Source: Microcaecilia unicolor (taxonomy: Eukaryota). Taken from it: DNA of 64,000 nt. This document shows, one piece after another, positions 60,541-64,000 of this stretch; position 1 is the first letter of the stretch, and each line of letters begins with the position of its first letter. The notes beneath the pieces were generated by a model that made no database searches, had not been told where the DNA came from, and saw only the letters and a program-made list of their open reading frames with translations. The position numbers and the translations under genes are program-made. The stretch lies in assembly GCF_901765095.1 (NCBI RefSeq), contig NC_044034.1, positions 62,434,339 through 62,498,338 on the forward strand. The letters are read 5' to 3'.

Positions 60541-61422
60541 ATGGAAAGATTTCTGAGTACACCAAAAGCATCGATGGCGAGTAGAGCCGGGAAAAAAGAA
60601 AAAGAAAAACCAAAGGCGTCAAGCAGCGCGGAAGATGGCCAGACGGCGCATGGAGGCGGCTCCTTCACGGAGGAGCAAATACGACAATTGACAGAAGTGG
60701 TGAGCACAACATTGGATCAAAAATTAGATAAACTTTGCTCAAAAATATCAAACCTGGAAGCGCAAGCAGTGGAGACGGTGCAGAGGCTGGGAGAACTTGA
60801 AAATCGGGTGTCGGAAGTGGAAGACACGGCAGGCCCAGTAACACAGAAGCTGCAAAAGATGGCGACGGAGATTGAGCATTTACAAGCGAAAGTAGACGAT
60901 CTTGAAAATCGATCACGACGTGGCAACCTTCGGATCGTAGGGCTTCCCGAGACGGTGACCGACAAGGTATTGCCTATAGTTTTAGAGAAGTGGCTGGCAG
61001 AAGAATTTGCCTTGTCGGATCACGCAGGGAAACTGTGTCTGGAGCGGGCCCACCGAATCGGCAGAAAGCAAGACGGGAAAATGGCCCCGCGAACAGTGAT
61101 AATAAAAATACATAACTATGTACATAAGGACGAAATATTAAGAGGAGCGCGCCTCAAAAGGAATGAACTGAGATATGATGGGAATCAGATACGTATTTAT
61201 CAGGACTATTCAATGGCCCTACAGGAGAAGCGCCGACGTTATACGCCACTCTGCCAGCAGCTGCACGAAGCACAAGTGCCTTTTATGTTGATATACCCAG
61301 CCATTTTAAAAGTGAAGACAGAAGGAAGATGGAAATCATATGATAATTTCAAAGAGGCACAAAAACATGTTCAAGAACTAATACATATGGGTAAGACCGG
61401 CTCGCCAGATGAGGAAGTTTGA
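60541..61422 (+). CDS. L1 ORF1p (RNA-binding chaperone), intact at 293 aa
   Basis: From the ORF track: coiled-coil heptads, 'ENRSRRGNLRIVGLPE', and the C-terminal domain 'RIYQDYSMALQEKRRRYTPLCQQLHEAQVPFMLIYPAILKV'. Confidence 0.85.
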   Translation: MERFLSTPKASMASRAGKKEKEKPKASSSAEDGQTAHGGGSFTEEQIRQLTEVVSTTLDQKLDKLCSKISNLEAQAVETVQRLGELENRVSEVEDTAGPVTQKLQKMATEIEHLQAKVDDLENRSRRGNLRIVGLPETVTDKVLPIVLEKWLAEEFALSDHAGKLCLERAHRIGRKQDGKMAPRTVIIKIHNYVHKDEILRGARLKRNELRYDGNQIRIYQDYSMALQEKRRRYTPLCQQLHEAQVPFMLIYPAILKVKTEGRWKSYDNFKEAQKHVQELIHMGKTGSPDEEV

Positions 61423-61865
61423 AAAATGTCAAGGAAGATCAGGTCGCCTGAGGTACACAAACGCTATGGGTATGATAAGATTACATAAGGAATATAGACA
61501 ATGAATTCCAACAACACGCAGTGTAATTAACACACAAGGGAGTTGGGGATGGAGGAGGCGGGAAACCCCACTAGCCCATAAGATATCATGGGTAAGGGAC
61601 ATGGGGAATTAAAAGAAACGGGGGGGAAAGGGTTAGGCAGCAGGGGGGAAGGGGGAGAGAGGGACACATAGAGGAAATAAGACATATAGAGTGCGGTTGG
61701 CAATTGGGATACAGAGGCATTTGATAAGGGTTCAGGTGATGAAACAGCAGGGGATGAGGAATGGGCAGATGGCAGACATAACACGGATCCCTGGGGGGAG
61801 GCTGGGTCCCCTAGGGACAGGGAAGGCGAACAGGCTGGTACCTTTTGATAAGGAGAAAGTAGGTA

Positions 61866-64000
61866 ATGAGTAAACGACTGAGTGGCGTTACACGGGTGAT
61901 CTCGTGGAATGTGTGTGGGATAACATCCCCAGTAAAGCGAGCAAAAATTCTTAGCGCACTTAAACGGCACCGGGTGGACATAGCTTGTATTCAAGAGACC
62001 CGACTGTCCATGGGTGAGCTTCAGAAATTAAAACGACAGTGGGTAGGAGAGGTTTTTGGCTCCCCAGCAGTGGGTAGACGAGGCGGAGTAGCAATACTAA
62101 TCCATAAAAATGCCATGGTACAGGCCCAGCTACTATTTGCAGATAATGAGGGAAGATACGTAGGGGTCCGTCTTAATCTTCAAGGGCAATCGTATTTACT
62201 AGTAGCAGTATATGCCCCTCAAACTGGCGGGAGAAAATTTTTTGCAGAGCTTTTTGCGCAGTGCCAGAAACAGGGGGCAGATCCCATAATAATGGCTGGA
62301 GACATGAATCAGGTGCTGGATCCCATACTAGATAGATCGAGGAATCAACGGGATGGGGGGACTTCTGGGTCGGGGGTGCTTGATACATTATGTGACGGAC
62401 TGGGTTTGGTGGACCCTTGGAGATTGCTGCATGAAGAAGAGCGGGATTACACGCACACTTCGAGGGCCCACGGAACCCAGTCTAGGATTGATTACATATT
62501 AGTGACATCTGGAGTGTTTAATCGAATTGTAGGTGCGGAAGTGGGCCCAGAGGAGCTCTCGGATCATGCTATAATTTGGGTAGATATTGAACCCCGGCCG
62601 TATTATCGTGGTTTGGGAGGCTGGAGATTCCCATCGTATTTACACTCCTCCACAGAGTTTACAGAATTCTTGGCCAAAAGATGGGAAGAATTCTTAAAAA
62701 ATAATGAACAACATCTTAGTGCCCCAACACTGTTTTGGTCCACTGCTAAGGCAGTGATGCGTGGAGAGATAATTGCATATGTCTCCAGGAGAAATCGAAT
62801 GATTGCACAAAGGATAGTAGAGCTGGAAGGAAAGGTTAAAATAGCTAGGAAGAAACATGCAGAGACACACACCAGGGCTAATTTAGACTCCTTGATTGCA
62901 GCGAGGGTGGAGTTAAATAGTTTACTACAGGAAAGATATCATAAGGCAATGACCACACACAGATACAATCTCCGCCGATATGGAGACAGACCGGGTGGTA
63001 TGCTGGCGCGCCTGATAAAGGGTGTCCGCAGGCCGCAGGTTATTACACAAATACGGACTCCCTCAGGTACACTCATATCGAATCCGGAAGGGATAGCAGA
63101 CACTTTCCATAAGCATTTTGCCCGTCTGTATGCGGCGGAAGAAATGGGGGCAGAGGCACAGGATAAAATAGGGGAAAAAATAAGAAAGTATCTACAGTGG
63201 TCGAATATGCCCCAACTGACAGGAGAACAACTGAATACTTTAGAGTCTCCTTTGGGAGCCAAAGAGGTACTGAAGGCTATACAGGCATTAAAACTGTATT
63301 CAGCTCCAGGTCCCGACGGTTTCTCGGGTGAATTTTATAAATCCCTGAAACGGCAGATCGTGGGCCCCCTTATGAGTTTCTATGAAACAGTGATGAAAGA
63401 GGGTAAATTACCTAGATACGCTAATGAAGCGCTGATTAGTTTAATACCGAAGCCTGGACGAAGCTTAGATGATCCAGCAGCGTACAGACCCATATCTTTA
63501 ATAAACGTCGACATTAAAATTCTGACCCGAGTTATGGCTGAGCGCCTGGCCCAGGCAATACCCTCCTTGATTAAAGGGGAACAGGTTGGTTTTGTCCGGG
63601 GCCGTCATTCGGTCATTAATGTGAGGAAACTTATAGCAGCAGTGGTGGAAGCTCCAGAAAGGGCACCCAAAGGTATAGTGATCAGTTTGGATGCAGAGCG
63701 TGCCTTTGACAGGGTGACATGGCCTTTCCTACAAGGAACATTGCGTTGGATTGGAGTGCAGGGTTGGTTTGCGGGAGTATTGGGGGCGCTTTATACAGAT
63801 CCGAGAGCTCGACTGATAGTTAATGGGGTAAGAACGGATGAATTTCTGATAAGAAGAGGGACACGACAGGGATGCCCACTATCCCCATTGCTTTTTCTGT
63901 TGGCGTTAGAACCCCTTTTATGTAATATAAGGCAAAACCCTGGGATCAAAGGTGTGGAGGTAGGAGAAGAAGTACTTAAGCTCTTAGCATATGCAGACGA
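61866..64000 (+). CDS. L1 ORF2p (APE-type endonuclease plus reverse transcriptase), N-terminal 711 codons. The ORF is open to the window end.
   Basis: Hand translation in frame 3 from the ATG at 61866 to 64000 finds no stop. It was not in the supplied ORF track because it has no terminator within the window. Confidence 0.8.
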   Translation, partial: MSKRLSGVTRVISWNVCGITSPVKRAKILSALKRHRVDIACIQETRLSMGELQKLKRQWVGEVFGSPAVGRRGGVAILIHKNAMVQAQLLFADNEGRYVGVRLNLQGQSYLLVAVYAPQTGGRKFFAELFAQCQKQGADPIIMAGDMNQVLDPILDRSRNQRDGGTSGSGVLDTLCDGLGLVDPWRLLHEEERDYTHTSRAHGTQSRIDYILVTSGVFNRIVGAEVGPEELSDHAIIWVDIEPRPYYRGLGGWRFPSYLHSSTEFTEFLAKRWEEFLKNNEQHLSAPTLFWSTAKAVMRGEIIAYVSRRNRMIAQRIVELEGKVKIARKKHAETHTRANLDSLIAARVELNSLLQERYHKAMTTHRYNLRRYGDRPGGMLARLIKGVRRPQVITQIRTPSGTLISNPEGIADTFHKHFARLYAAEEMGAEAQDKIGEKIRKYLQWSNMPQLTGEQLNTLESPLGAKEVLKAIQALKLYSAPGPDGFSGEFYKSLKRQIVGPLMSFYETVMKEGKLPRYANEALISLIPKPGRSLDDPAAYRPISLINVDIKILTRVMAERLAQAIPSLIKGEQVGFVRGRHSVINVRKLIAAVVEAPERAPKGIVISLDAERAFDRVTWPFLQGTLRWIGVQGWFAGVLGALYTDPRARLIVNGVRTDEFLIRRGTRQGCPLSPLLFLLALEPLLCNIRQNPGIKGVEVGEEVLKLLAYAD

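Larger units (their letters stand above)
60262..64000 (+). mobile_element. Full-length L1-like LINE (lineage 3) that runs off the window. It has a ~280-bp 5'UTR, an intact ORF1 (60541..61422), a ~440-bp inter-ORF spacer and an ORF2 (61866..>64000) with no stop.
   Basis: ORF1 shows coiled-coil plus RRM/CTD motifs (…LENRSRRGNLRIVGLPE…). ORF2 was read by hand from the ATG at 61866, which follows an in-frame TAG. It is open to base 64000 and carries EN motifs (ISWNVCGI…, CIQETRL, AGDMNQVLDP, SDHAII) and RT motifs (SAPGPDGFSGEFYK, YRPISLINVDIKIL, GTRQGCPLSPLLFLLALEPL). The 5' boundary is approximate. Confidence 0.8.

Overview
This window is vertebrate nuclear DNA, not prokaryotic. It is AT-rich, dense in transposable elements, and carries spliced exons with AG/GT boundaries. 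The repeat mix points to a non-mammalian tetrapod, probably a reptile or amphibian. I found no operons, CRISPR arrays or defence-type systems.

The one clear cellular gene signal is the 5' end of PARP4 (vault poly-ADP-ribose polymerase) on the + strand. The start-codon exon at 17204..17336 and the next exon at 26592..26787 together encode the N-terminal BRCT domain. They are separated by a 9.2 kb intron full of repeats.

Everything else is mobile DNA:
- a structurally complete DIRS-type tyrosine-recombinase retrotransposon (19685..25541) with both inverted terminal repeats and the internal complementary region;
- a full-length L1-like LINE with intact ORF1 and an ORF2 that stays open to the window edge (about 60262..>64000);
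- three other L1 lineages as fragments;
- an L2-type LINE (minus strand, about 50345..52000) and CR1 3'-end fragments;
- a Tigger/pogo-like DNA transposon (58334..60260);
- two copies of a non-autonomous hAT-like element that has captured a CR1 3' fragment; one copy sits inside an L1 with 15-bp terminal inverted repeats and an 8-bp target-site duplication;
- tRNA-derived SINEs with a MIR-like core;
- gypsy-like Gag/protease fragments;
- an ~860-bp perfect foldback palindrome flanked by 16-bp direct repeats;
- an unclassified CpG-rich ~850-bp interspersed repeat, plus minisatellite and GC-rich tandem arrays;
- a Gag-like CCHC zinc-knuckle ORF with no pol next to it, at the 5' edge.

Every protein-family call below comes from reading motifs in the supplied translations. 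No database search was run.
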